A stretch of DNA of 64,000 bases from Candidatus Latescibacterota bacterium (GCA_965237525.1 CBDEFO010000008.1:832001-896000); one strand, 5' to 3'; counted from the stretch's first letter, positions 9,654-19,666 are shown. Notes: generated from the letters alone by a model not told the origin. Numbers and translations: made by a program.

Positions 9654-10493
9654 ATGAAGAAATCGAAATTATCATATGTAGTCCCGATTCTGCTTGTGGT
9701 CTTTCTTCAAGGATGTACAAAAGAAGATCCTAAAGTCTATATAAAAGACCTCTACAGCAGGGACCCGGAGATAAGGCTCACTGCCGGATATGAGCTTTTG
9801 AGAATCGGTGAGGAAGCAGTGCCCCTTCTTATTGAAGAACTGAAATCCGAAGAGCCTGTGGTTCGCTATGTAGCCGCTCAACTTCTGGGGAAGATCAAAG
9901 ACCGGCGCGCTGTTGTACCCCTAACGGGTGCCCTAAAAGACATAAGTCCCGGCGTCAGGGCTAGGGCCGCCGAAGCTCTCGGGAAATTGGAGGACGAAAG
10001 GGCTATAGACACCCTCATTCAAGCCGCCTCTGATACGACCGAGGAACTCCGTGCCAAGGCGATAGAAGCTCTGGGTGGATGCAGGAGCGATACGGCATAC
10101 CACGTGGTTATCAGCGCCCTGGACGATCCCAGCACAGAGGTCCAAGTTATGGCTATGGTGGCCCTCGACCGCTATAAATACGAAGACGTCCTCGAAAAGA
10201 TAATACAACTGGCTGGATCTGACTCAGCCCGCGTCCGCTTCGTGGCAGTCCAGGCGCTTGGAAAGATTAAGATAAGAAACGATAGAGCCATCTTGACCCT
10301 GGTGCGCGCCCTTGGAGATCCCTTTCAAAGCGTTAGAATAAGTGCCGCCAAAAGCCTTGCAAATATAGGCGACAGGCGAGCTATAGAACCCCTTGAAAGG
10401 TTCTACTCCCGCGGAACCATCGAAGAGCGCCGCGCAGCAAGCTACGCCCTGGAAAAGATAGCGGGGGAAAAATACGTCCTCGAAAATTGGTAG
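9654..10493 (+). CDS. HEAT-repeat (PBS lyase-like) lipoprotein
   Basis: Lipobox LQGC; repeated VRxxAAxALG units. Confidence 0.85.
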   Translation: MKKSKLSYVVPILLVVFLQGCTKEDPKVYIKDLYSRDPEIRLTAGYELLRIGEEAVPLLIEELKSEEPVVRYVAAQLLGKIKDRRAVVPLTGALKDISPGVRARAAEALGKLEDERAIDTLIQAASDTTEELRAKAIEALGGCRSDTAYHVVISALDDPSTEVQVMAMVALDRYKYEDVLEKIIQLAGSDSARVRFVAVQALGKIKIRNDRAILTLVRALGDPFQSVRISAAKSLANIGDRRAIEPLERFYSRGTIEERRAASYALEKIAGEKYVLENW

Positions 10494-10702
10494 ATAGTAG
10501 ATAGTAGACCGTAGACAGGGGCCACCTCTCCTCCCTGTATGCTGTCCACTTAGCCCGGCATTCAGTCTCTGTATGCTTCCTTTCAGATTCCAAGAGATTG
10601 AATTACAATGATGCGGATATTCAAAGCGGATCCTGTGTGCTTTTTACTCTTCTTATCCCGCTCAGACTCCGGCGTCTGGCAGTCGGAATTTAATAGTCGG
10701 TT

Positions 10703-10851
10703 TATACAGACTGTATAGACTCAAGTGCGCTGAGATTGTGCCAGCCGATAGAATATGAAAACTAAAGGATTTCGACTCCGTAACGGTGAGGGGCTCAGAA
10801 GGTCTATAGAGAAAAAAGAGTCTGCCCTCGGAAGTTTATACAGACTGTGTA
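10703..10851. promoter_or_regulatory. Pair of candidate palindromic operators
   Basis: TATACAG-A-CTGTATA at 10703-10717 and TATACAGACTGTGTA at 10837-10851, upstream of the deacylase gene. Confidence 0.45.
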
Positions 10852-10983
10852 ATCATAGATAAGTCAGATGATGGCGCGCGAGTCTGATCCAAGCTGCGAC
10901 TTCTGCTATCGGGGCCGTTATATAGCACCAGCCATAGGCCGTGATATTAAGCTGATCTAGTGAGTTTTTAAGGAAGATGAAAG

Positions 10984-11970
10984 ATGCACATTCAAGGATT
11001 TGATATATCCGAACTTCCTCCTTCAGAAAAGACAACCGGCTGGCTGGAGGTCGCCCCTCGGGCAGACGGCAGCGCCTGGCGATTGCCCTTGCTCTATGTG
11101 ACCGGCGTCACAAGCGGCCCGATACTCGTCGTCACTGCCGCTGTACATGGGAATGAATATGAGGGGGTTGAAGCGATACCCCGCATCTTTGAACAGGTGC
11201 GGCCAGACTTTTTGCACGGCACCCTGGTGATGATCGCCGTCTGCAACATGCCCGCCTACGAAGCCGGCATTCGCAACAGCCCCATCGACGGCCTCAATCT
11301 GGCTCGTGTCTTTCCCGGAGATGCTGAGGGCACTATAACGCAGCGCATCGCCTACTGGATGGCTCACAAACTCATCAAACCGTCCGACTTCTTTATCGAT
11401 CTTCACAGCGGGGGCGTTGAGTCCAACATACCCACCCTGATCGGCTATCTGCACAGCGACGATGCCTTGGGGCAAAAATCGCAAGCTGCGGCCAAGGCCT
11501 TTGGCGCTCCCGTATTGTGGGGACACCCACCGCCTCTACCACCGGGGCGCAGCATCAGCGCCGCCACTGAGTTTGGCGTTCCCTGGCTTTATACCGAAAC
11601 TCCCGGTGGGGGTCGGGCCACGCCGGATGACGTGGCTTGTTATATCGAGGGGGTCCTCAACGTCATGAAGCATTTGGGTATGGTGCCGGGTGAGCCGCAG
11701 CCCCGACCAATGATCCATCACCTGGTAGGGGACGGCAATCTGGATGTGGTTATCTCTGCCCCGGCGGCGGGTTTCTTCCAGCCTGACGTCGCCCTTCTGG
11801 ATGAGGTCCGGGTCGGTCAACGCCTGGGAACTGTTCAAGATTTCTTCGGCCAGGTGACTGCTGAGGTCACTGCCGACCGAGATGGGGTGGTGATATTTCT
11901 ACGCCGGCTGCCTCGAATTAATGTTGGCGATAGGTTGGTACAGGTGACGGGACAACACGTAAAAAGGTGA
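10984..11970 (+). CDS. Succinylglutamate desuccinylase/aspartoacylase (M14) family protein
   Basis: HGNE, NLARVFPG, IDLHSG and YTE motifs; C-terminal barrel-sandwich hybrid segment. Confidence 0.9.
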   Translation: MHIQGFDISELPPSEKTTGWLEVAPRADGSAWRLPLLYVTGVTSGPILVVTAAVHGNEYEGVEAIPRIFEQVRPDFLHGTLVMIAVCNMPAYEAGIRNSPIDGLNLARVFPGDAEGTITQRIAYWMAHKLIKPSDFFIDLHSGGVESNIPTLIGYLHSDDALGQKSQAAAKAFGAPVLWGHPPPLPPGRSISAATEFGVPWLYTETPGGGRATPDDVACYIEGVLNVMKHLGMVPGEPQPRPMIHHLVGDGNLDVVISAPAAGFFQPDVALLDEVRVGQRLGTVQDFFGQVTAEVTADRDGVVIFLRRLPRINVGDRLVQVTGQHVKR

Positions 11971-12435
11971 GCCGTATTCTGTCCTGATAGGAATTTTGAT
12001 ATCACGGTTCCAGCGCGCACAAGCGTGATTTTGCTTAATGCCGATAACGTGGTTGCTTGGTTGATCCCCGGATTTGACGACACGATCTTCGACATGGCCC
12101 ACGAAGCAAGGAAGTTTGGAGGCAAGCGCCAAGACGACCAGCAAGATGGCCAACAGGACATCTAGATCTAGTGGTTTGGCGTCATCAGCCTTTTGCTTGA
12201 AACAGCCTCCGCAATCAATCAGTACATAAACAGACGTAAGCCCATTTCCAAGGCCACGTCGCATAACCACGTGCTGCACCTGAGCTGCCCCTGAGCATAC
12301 CCGTGAGCTACCGTGGAGTACCGCCGCGCGATCAGAACCTTTGTGGTCGTCTGTAATACTTCGTGTAAGCAAGCCCCGAGGTGGGGAAGGCGGAGGAGCA
12401 CCGATCCGTTAGGCTGCGTGAGAGAGGAGTCTGAT

Positions 12436-13575
12436 ATGTCCCAGTTGCGCATTACCGATAGTGGTATTCTCTACATTAATCCGGATCCGGCGCACTACCA
12501 CGTTTCGGCTTTCTTCCCGAACGTGGTGCAGCTCTCCGAGTCAGAATTCATCTGTGTCTACCAGCGGGGGGACGGGATGTACGCGGCCAATAGCAACGTC
12601 GCTCTCCTGCGCTCTCTCGACGGCGGGGTATCGTGGACGGACGAAGGGTATCTTCACGACAAGTCACAGGACGATAGGCCCTACTCGTACCATGGCACGC
12701 ATGTGTCCCGCATGTGCGACGGCTCACTCGTCGTCTGTCCGTTTCGGGTTGACCGCTCGAATCCGGATCAGCCATTCTTCAGTGACATGGGTGGATTGAT
12801 CGCGAACGACCCGGTTCTGTTGATCTCGCGAGATGACGGCCGTACGTGGACGGGACCGTCTGTCCTGTCGCTTCCTCCAGATCTAATCGCCACCCCGTCG
12901 CAGTCGGTCATTGAACTCAGTAATGGCAGTTGGCTTGCTACCTTTGACAGATGGCCTGCGTTCGGCGATTCCGGCCCGTATAAGCCGCGGATGCTCTGCT
13001 TGTTCTCCTATGACCGAGGGCAGAGCTGGAAAGACATGGTGGTGATGGCAGACGGCGCTGAGGAAGGGAAAGGGTTTTGGCACGGACGGGCTGTCCGGCT
13101 GGCCAACGGCCGCCTGTTCTCGCTCTTGTGGTCGGCCGACATGACCGACCCGGATCGGGGCCCAATCGACCTACCGATCCACTATATCTTCGCGGATCCG
13201 ACCGGTCACGTATGGCAAACTCCCCAACCGACAGCACTGCCGGGCCAGACGAATTGCACAGCGGAACTGCCGGACGGAGGATTGGCGGCGATCTATACGT
13301 GGCGTGAGAGCGACCGTCCCGGTTTCATGGTCGTACTCTCCAAGGATGGTGGCCAGACCTGGGATCTGGAGCATCAGATTCGGGTATGGGACGCCACAGG
13401 GTGGACGCATATCGGCCTGAGCAGTCCGGATCGCTATCCCCGTAGTCACGACACCATCGCCTTTGGAGCGCCGTCGCTGATCACAACGATAAGCGGGGAA
13501 CTGTTTGCCAGTTGGTGGTGCACCTACGCCAGCCTGACGCACATGCGGTGGGCGAAGATAAGTGCCCAAGCGTGA
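12436..13575 (+). CDS. Sialidase/BNR (Asp-box) beta-propeller protein
   Basis: Asp boxes SLDGGVSW, SRDDGRTW, SYDRGQSW and SKDGGQTW; GAGGAG RBS before ATG 12436. Confidence 0.85.
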   Translation: MSQLRITDSGILYINPDPAHYHVSAFFPNVVQLSESEFICVYQRGDGMYAANSNVALLRSLDGGVSWTDEGYLHDKSQDDRPYSYHGTHVSRMCDGSLVVCPFRVDRSNPDQPFFSDMGGLIANDPVLLISRDDGRTWTGPSVLSLPPDLIATPSQSVIELSNGSWLATFDRWPAFGDSGPYKPRMLCLFSYDRGQSWKDMVVMADGAEEGKGFWHGRAVRLANGRLFSLLWSADMTDPDRGPIDLPIHYIFADPTGHVWQTPQPTALPGQTNCTAELPDGGLAAIYTWRESDRPGFMVVLSKDGGQTWDLEHQIRVWDATGWTHIGLSSPDRYPRSHDTIAFGAPSLITTISGELFASWWCTYASLTHMRWAKISAQA

Positions 13576-13654
13576 GGGGAAAGAAGGCACTGTCCAACAA
13601 TGTGCTGCACCAGAAGGTCCGTTCGCGCCGTCTGATGAGCGAGGGGGCAGACAG

Positions 13655-13812
13655 GTAGAGGCGAGTCCTCGATTGAGCCCCCTGGCAAATCTCGTTTTTG
13701 AGTATACACAGTGTAGGGGCGAGGTCCACTCGCCCGCTAGTCCGCGATTGAATCTATCGCGGACAGACAGGTAAGAGGCGAGATTGCGTCCCCGATTGAC
13801 TTTATGGGGGAT
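13655..13812. repeat. Cluster of REP-like palindromes at an island boundary
   Basis: GTAGGGGCGAGGTCCACTCGCCC, CCGCGATTGAATCTATCGCGG and CCCCGATTGACTTTATGGGG. Confidence 0.65.
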
Positions 13813-13849
13813 TGCTTCGGGGTGAAGCCCCTCTTGGTCAAGAGGGAAG

Positions 13850-14330
13850 AACCACCTTGCTCGGAGCTGCTGCTCTGTGTAGCCCCTGTCCTTGAGGTAG
13901 TCTAAGTCTACATTGCCCTCTTCACTCCACAATCGTTTTACAAAGAAACCAAGAGCAGTCTCCAAGATATTAGCCTTCTCCCGGGCCTCCTGGGCTTTCT
14001 CCTCTGAGTAACCATCTAACGTGGGGAGTGTGTAGTTGGCTAAGCGGGCAAGCTCCTTGAGTGTCTCCTGATTCGTCAATCCCTTCATGTTCTGAACATA
14101 ATTCCAAAGAGTTCTAGTCTCTCCTGTCTTCTGATTCTTAAAACAAAAGGGTGTGTTGTCATAGTGATAGAGGTGCCCTCTCGCTTGGTCTCCGTTTATG
14201 TCTCCAGTTGTGGCCTCCCAGCCTTTCCTTTTCTATTAAACCCAAACTCAGGGAAAACCATATCAGCTTGGGCGTGTATGCGGGGACATATTTCGTCCAG
14301 AATATCTTTGCCATCTTTAGTTTCAGCCAT
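13850..14330 (-). pseudogene. N-terminal remnant of a mobile-element DNA-primase-like gene
   Basis: Frameshifted reading MAETKDGKDILDEI...LWNYVQNMKGLTNQETLKELARLA...LDYLKDRGYT, truncated at the REP cluster. Confidence 0.5.
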
Positions 14331-14376
14331 AGCGAAAATATCCTTTGCTTTACTTATCTACCTAAAGACCAACGTT

Positions 14377-14646
14377 TCAGGGCTGTTTAGACAGATTCAA
14401 CAACACTGACACATTATCGCTGTTCTGATTAGCCACAGCAAGGTCATTATCACCGTCACCGTCTAAATCTGCAATGAAGACTGAATTGGGACTATCCCCA
14501 GTGGTGTAGTCAGTCTTAGGGCCGAAAAGGGCACCAGCATGCATTCCACTGTCTCCAGTTGCGTTGTCTCCACCACAGCCTGCCATTAGCAAGAGCAATG
14601 TGTAGCTCAACAGAGCTGTGAAATGAAAGGTCAATCGTGTTTTCAA
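14377..14646 (-). CDS. Small lipoprotein with a single FG-GAP/VCBS repeat, possibly truncated
   Basis: Lipobox MAGC; ADLDGDGDNDLAVAN matches the repeats of 36624..39353. Confidence 0.65.
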   Translation of the reverse strand: MKTRLTFHFTALLSYTLLLLMAGCGGDNATGDSGMHAGALFGPKTDYTTGDSPNSVFIADLDGDGDNDLAVANQNSDNVSVLLNLSKQP

Positions 14647-14793
14647 GGTAGCATTCCTGCCTTTTGATGTTGTTAGGTGTGGATCAATTATTTGTTTCCG
14701 ATAATTGCCATTTTTTTCCTGGGCTCATCTTTATACAGTACATCACGATTTAATGTATAGACACCCAAGTCCTCTGGACTCTGGCCTTCCCTG

Positions 14794-14867
14794 GGCTAAC
14801 GTGCCTCGGCTACACGAACCCAAAGGGTTAGGCAGAACGAAGTGGATCCGTGTGACCGATGTTATGA
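14794..14867 (-). other. Integron attC-like recombination site (74 bp)
   Basis: Minus strand TCATAAC-atCGGTCACACGGATCC...GGGTTCGTGTAGCCG-aggcac-GTTAGCC: inverse core, imperfect palindrome and GTT core, downstream of the TIMP-like gene. Confidence 0.6.
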
Positions 14868-14948
14868 GAAGTGTCTTCCAGTAAGTTTCCACTGAATACA
14901 AAACCAGAGGCTATTAATTTTCTACTCTACTTTGATAGATATAGATAC

Positions 14949-15422
14949 TCATCGTGCTAGTCGACTCTTAATAGCACCCCATGTAATTAGCTCAACCACC
15001 GTACCCAACTCAGAGAGATCCCTAGCTGCGTCTGTCAAAAGTTTGGTTCTGCTACAAAGGCCTACTCCGATGATTCCTAATCTTGTATCTTTATTATTAT
15101 AATTGGCATAGACTAGATAATCTTTATTCATCTGGAAATTATATCCACAAGCTGCTTCATTAGATGCTGTATAAACTGTAATTTCTTGCCCTTCAACCCC
15201 TTTCCATGCCTCTATCACATCGAACTTGACTAGATGTACGGTACCCCATATTTCATCCTCTTCAATTATAATTTCAATTACACTACCTGAGAAAACAGCA
15301 CCGCGCCTTTCAAGTTCTTCGAGTGCACTACCCGACATTTCACAACTACAACCAAGACTTGCCCTCGGCGAACACAAGCATACCGCAGCAAGCGCCATTA
15401 TATAAAAGAAAGTATTCCTCAT
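14949..15422 (-). CDS. Secreted TIMP/NTR-like protein with C-terminal TWGxIK motif
   Basis: Signal peptide then CSC; VFSGSV, ACGYNF...YLVYA and LCSRT motifs; ends ITWGAIKSRLAR. Confidence 0.8.
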   Translation of the reverse strand: MRNTFFYIMALAAVCLCSPRASLGCSCEMSGSALEELERRGAVFSGSVIEIIIEEDEIWGTVHLVKFDVIEAWKGVEGQEITVYTASNEAACGYNFQMNKDYLVYANYNNKDTRLGIIGVGLCSRTKLLTDAARDLSELGTVVELITWGAIKSRLAR

Positions 15423-15647
15423 AACCAATTTCCTCTTTAACCGAATGTTAAAATGACCCTGCTAGGCTCTCAGGCTAATATGAGTAACTGCTTTAAAAGC
15501 GTCCAGGGCTTCACGCTGACTCCCTCCATCTCCTCCCATTCTCCTTGCGCTTCTTTTGAACTTTATTGAAAAGCCTCTTTGAGACTATGGGTTCCTGTTG
15601 TAGCCGTAGCTAAGGTTCCCCCCGGCGTAGCCCCCACCTTTTGCCTT

Positions 15648-15748
15648 CTGTTATTGCGAGCGAAGCGAAGCAATCTCGTAGTCGGCAGCCCCGATTGAAT
15701 CTATCGCAGGATAGACCCCCGATAGAATCATTCGGGGGCAGGCCCCCA
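15648..15748. repeat. Half GTCATTGCGAG-type element plus CCCCGATAG-type palindromes
   Basis: GTTATTGCGAGCGAAGCGAAGCAATCTC followed by CCCCCGATAGAATCATTCGGGGGCAGG. Confidence 0.65.
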
Positions 15749-15750
15749 AC

Positions 15751-15929
15751 TCAAAGGGGGGCATATTTGGATCTCTTAAAGTAGCTCAAGAGACTGCTTT
15801 TGGACAGGAGGTACTGCTTCCCCGGCGTGTAGGCTGTGACGAATCCAAAGTGTATTAGATGACGTGCCTTTTGGAGCATCTTAGGAACCTGGCTGCCTCC
15901 TTGACTGTAAGCATGTCGTGGATATTCAT
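15751..15929 (-). pseudogene. Excisionase-like HTH remnant
   Basis: MNIHDMLTVKEAARFLRCSKRHVI* then, in a shifted frame, AYTPGKQYLLSKSSLLSYFKRS; AAGGAGG RBS upstream. Confidence 0.6.
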
Positions 15930-15977
15930 CTTTTCCTCCTTTTTAGGCTGTTACATACCTGCTGCTTTTCATATAGG

Positions 15978-16086
15978 CTGCATACCCTGCATACCCTGCA
16001 TACGTGTTAGTAACATTTGTACAGAAAAGTTTTCCCCCAGACACAAGAGTACACAAGGTATGCAGGGTATGCAGGGTCTACAGGGT
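15978..16086. repeat. Opposed arrays of 9-bp iteron-like repeats
   Basis: (CTGCATACC)x3 at 15978-16004 facing GGTATGCAG GGTATGCAG GGTCTACAG at 16057-16083. Confidence 0.7.
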
Positions 16087-16620
16087 TTGGACACCTTCTT
16101 CCCTTAAACCGGCTCCCAGGTAGTAAAAGCCATCCTCTTTCTTGACTTTCACCAACCTCTCTCCCATCCACTCTCCAAAGACGTTCTTGGTCTTTGCCCT
16201 GAGCCGATTTTGATCGCACCATTCCACGTGTTTTCTGTACGCCTCTCCTGCTTTCACACTCGCTTCAGGGTCAATGTAAAAACATTCCTCAAAAGACTCC
16301 TGGATAACGTCCTCATCTTTTCTATAAGATTCTGTAGCCATCTTCACAGTCTCAGGCGGCAGAAGGCCGTGCTGCTGGGAGTCGAGGCAGCCCTGGACGA
16401 GGCACGAGAGTATCGCCGATCTCTCTACTTTCAAATTATCAGCTAGGTTGCGGTCTTTTTCCTTTCGTGATCTCTTGTCGGCTCGTCCACAAACGATAGA
16501 TTGAAGGGTATCAGTCTGATCCGCTCCCAGAGAGCGTAGGCGTTTGCCCTGGGGTTGTGGTTGGTCTGGAGGAAGAGCGTAAACGTAGGCCGAGCATCAC
16601 GAGTTCAGGTAGTCGTACTC
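16078..16620 (-). pseudogene. C-terminal remnant of a P4-family/D5-like primase-helicase
   Basis: TNHNP...ALWERIRLIPFNLSF and ERSAILSCLVQGC...PPETVKMATESYRKDEDVI; the 5' part is lost. Confidence 0.75.
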
Positions 16621-16625
16621 GGTCC

Positions 16626-17621
16626 TCAGCCCGCCAGCAGATCACGGATGGCAGTGACGATGTTTTCTACCTGGGGCACGACGGACGCTTCTAACGGGGG
16701 GCTGTAAGGGGTCGGGGTATGGAGCCCGTTCAGGCGGCGGATAGGCGCGTCCAGATCGTCAAAGCCCCGGTCGATGACCTGTGCTGCGATCTCGGAGCCG
16801 ATACCACAGGGCGCGAAGGTCTCATCTACAATCAAGAGCCGCCCGGTTTTGTGCACCGACGCCAGAATCGTGTCCATGTCGAGCGGCGCCAAGGTGCGCG
16901 GGTCAACCACTTCAATGGAGACCCCCTCCTGTGCCAGTTGATCGCACGCCGCAAGCGTTTTGTCGACCATGGAGCCAATGGCCACGACGGTGCTGTCGGT
17001 GCCTTCAAGGGAGATCCGTGCCTGCCCGAACGGGATGGTGTAGTCCTCTTCGGGCACCTGTCCCTTGTTAAAGATAAGCGATCTATGCTCCAAAAAGAGC
17101 ACGGGATTGCCACCTCGGAGGGCGGTGGTGAAGAGGCCCTTGGCGTCGTAAGCGTTGGATGGTACCACCACGCGAAAGCCGGGAAGATGTACAAATATGG
17201 GATAGTAACTGCCGGAATGGTGGGTGGCGGCCGAATTGCCGATGCCGATGCAGCCGCGCAGCAGAATGGGCATCTTCAGACGGCCGCTGCTCATATATTG
17301 GACCTTAGCGATCTGGTTGACCAGCTCCCCGGCGGCGTCCAGGATAAAGTCCAGAAATAGAAGATCCACTACCGGTCTGGTACCCGTCATGGCGGCGCCC
17401 GTGCACAGGCCGACAAAGCCTCGTTCACAGATGGGGGTATCGCGCAGTCGCTGGGGGCCAAAGCGCTCGTACAGGCCGGTCGTGGTGTTGAAGTTGCCGC
17501 CCCTCGCGCCGATGCCTTCACCCACTACAAAGATGGTGGGATCTCGCTCCATCTCGGCCGCCAGAGCCTCTCGGGTGGCCTCCATAAATGTTATCTCTCG
17601 GGTAGCTTGCTCTTGACCCAT
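16626..17621 (-). CDS. 2-oxoacid/acetoin dehydrogenase E1 beta subunit
   Basis: DTPICE, HHS, IEVVDPRTLAPLD and DAPIRR motifs. Confidence 0.92.
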   Translation of the reverse strand: MGQEQATREITFMEATREALAAEMERDPTIFVVGEGIGARGGNFNTTTGLYERFGPQRLRDTPICERGFVGLCTGAAMTGTRPVVDLLFLDFILDAAGELVNQIAKVQYMSSGRLKMPILLRGCIGIGNSAATHHSGSYYPIFVHLPGFRVVVPSNAYDAKGLFTTALRGGNPVLFLEHRSLIFNKGQVPEEDYTIPFGQARISLEGTDSTVVAIGSMVDKTLAACDQLAQEGVSIEVVDPRTLAPLDMDTILASVHKTGRLLIVDETFAPCGIGSEIAAQVIDRGFDDLDAPIRRLNGLHTPTPYSPPLEASVVPQVENIVTAIRDLLAG

Positions 17622-17665
17622 CGCCTCATTTCAACCGGTGACTACGTCCTGTCTGATGCACACTC

Positions 17666-18649
17666 TTACGTGCTAAAGATAAAATCGGTGGCCGTGGCCG
17701 GATCGGGCCACGGGCTCTCCACGGCAAACGCTATGGCGTCTTCGATCAAGGCCGTCATCTCCGCTTCGATGGCGGTGAAATCCTGTTCCTCTGCTCTACT
17801 CTCGGCCAGCAGCTTCTGCTTATGGGTGATAATGGGGTCGCGGGACTTCCAGGCCTCGACCTCCTCTTGCGTGCGGTAACCGGAATCGGTCATTCCTTCG
17901 CCATGAGGACGGGTGCGGTAAGTCTTGCATTCCAGAAGCGTAGGGCCGCCGCCAGTACGGGCCCGCTCGACCGCTTCGCCGGCGGCCTCATATACAGCCA
18001 GTACGTCGTTACCATCTACGATGACGCCAGGTAGCCCGTAGGCCGAGCCGCGATTGCCCACGTCGGGGTTCCCGGACGCATAGGCAAAGGGGACTTCGGT
18101 GGCATACAGGTTGTTCTCGCATACAAAGAGCACCGGCAGCTGCCAGATAGTTGCCATGTTAATTCCTTCGTGGAATGCGCCGTTGTTGACAGCGCCATCG
18201 CCAAAGAAGGCCACTCCGATGTGATCTTTCTGAAGCAGGCTGAAGGAATAACCGGCGCCCACAGCTTGCAGAATGCAGGGGCCCACAATGCCGCTGGTAC
18301 CCATAAAGCCGACTTCAGGAGAAAAGAGGTGCATGCTGCCGCCTCGCCCCTGAGAACAGCCGGTCGCTCGCCCCAACAGCTCCGCCGCCACTTCCCGGGG
18401 GGGGACGCCCTTGGCCAGGGCATGACCGTGGCCCCGGTGGGTGCTGAAGACCGCATCCTCCTTACGCAGATGGGCGCAGACACCCACAGCGATCGCTTCC
18501 TCACCAACGTAGGTATGGCAGAAGCCGGGGATGAGGCCGCTGCCATAGGCCCGAGCAAACTCTTCTTCGCAGTACCGGATATTAAGCATCTCGCGATAGA
18601 GCGTCAGCAATTGGTCTTTGCTCAGATTCGGGAAGGACTGATCGGTCAT
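17666..18649 (-). CDS. 2-oxoacid/acetoin dehydrogenase E1 alpha subunit (TPP-dependent)
   Basis: STHRGHGH, GRGGSMH, FFGDGA...ENN and TYR motifs. Confidence 0.92.
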   Translation of the reverse strand: MTDQSFPNLSKDQLLTLYREMLNIRYCEEEFARAYGSGLIPGFCHTYVGEEAIAVGVCAHLRKEDAVFSTHRGHGHALAKGVPPREVAAELLGRATGCSQGRGGSMHLFSPEVGFMGTSGIVGPCILQAVGAGYSFSLLQKDHIGVAFFGDGAVNNGAFHEGINMATIWQLPVLFVCENNLYATEVPFAYASGNPDVGNRGSAYGLPGVIVDGNDVLAVYEAAGEAVERARTGGGPTLLECKTYRTRPHGEGMTDSGYRTQEEVEAWKSRDPIITHKQKLLAESRAEEQDFTAIEAEMTALIEDAIAFAVESPWPDPATATDFIFST

Positions 18650-18844
18650 ATTTTCGTATCCACAAGTTCCAGTGAATGTTGAAACTCAGGTCAAGGGCTA
18701 GGACCAAATAAGTAGAAAGTAGTCAGCGCACCACCTCCCATCCCTATGTGCTGTCTACTATTTTGAATCTCTATAATTTGTCCGAACTATTTTGACCCGA
18801 TACTCAGGAAAAACCATAGGTTCTTTGCCCTCAGAGACACCATT

Positions 18845-19666
18845 TCATGTCTGTTCCTGGGGCGCGCCAGCCATCCCGGGATGGGAACCACCCGCATTTT
18901 TGGCCAGGTTTCCACCATCCAGAGGGATTAAGGCGCCCGTAATCCACGCCGAGGCATCGGAGGCCAGAAAGATGGCCAAGCCTTTGATATCATCCGGTTG
19001 CCCCAGCCGGCCAATTGGTATGCCTCGCAGATAGGTCAACTCCAGCATGGGATCGGCGTCTATCCGTTCCTGCAACCCCTGATTGAGTACCTGGGCGCAG
19101 ACAATGGCGTTGGTGCGTACACCTTTGGCGCTCCACTCGGTGCTCAGCTCGCGCGTCATCTGCGCTATCCCAGCCATTGCGATGCTGTACCCCAGGTGAC
19201 CGCGGCCCAACGCTGTAAGGCCGGCGATAGACACGATGTTGATGATGCTGCCCTTGCCAGCAGCCAGCATGCGCCTGCCCGCCTCCTGGCAACAGAAGAG
19301 ACGACCCACCACCAGGTTTTGCAGCGTCTCGTTTAGCTGATCCACGGTCAATTCTAAAGGCGGCTTGCGAATGCCTTCGCCAGCCACGTTGCCGAGTATG
19401 TCAATCCGCCCGAATTCCTGGTCCAGGCGGTCAAATATGGCCTCGATCTGTCGCGGATCGGCCACATCGCAGGTTACCGGGATAGCAGTCCGGTTCATCT
19501 GCTGGATATGCCGGGCGGTCTCCTCCACTCCTGCTGTATTGATGTCTGCCAGTACGAGGTCTGCCCCCGACTCGGCAAATGCCAAGGATATCGCTTTGCC
19601 CATACCGCTTGCGGCGCCGGATACCAACGCCACCCGTCCGTTTAAGTCAAATAAAGAATGGGACAT
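18845..19666 (-). CDS. SDR family oxidoreductase with atypical active site (YSIAM for YxxxK)
   Basis: SGAASGMG Rossmann motif, GRIDIL and LDGG; the catalytic Lys appears replaced. Confidence 0.85.
   Translation of the reverse strand: MSHSLFDLNGRVALVSGAASGMGKAISLAFAESGADLVLADINTAGVEETARHIQQMNRTAIPVTCDVADPRQIEAIFDRLDQEFGRIDILGNVAGEGIRKPPLELTVDQLNETLQNLVVGRLFCCQEAGRRMLAAGKGSIINIVSIAGLTALGRGHLGYSIAMAGIAQMTRELSTEWSAKGVRTNAIVCAQVLNQGLQERIDADPMLELTYLRGIPIGRLGQPDDIKGLAIFLASDASAWITGALIPLDGGNLAKNAGGSHPGMAGAPQEQT

Noticed and set aside
10489..10520. GTAGATA/GTAGAC heptamer runs (also ~9540, 18710, 50322)
   Set aside because: Too short and irregular to assign a function.
11975..12430. Intergenic stretch with coding-like fragments
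   Set aside because: No identifiable family or RNA structure.
13171..14088. 305-aa ORF as a real gene
   Set aside because: Only the first ~80 aa look like primase remnant; the rest runs through REPs and antisense to the BNR gene.
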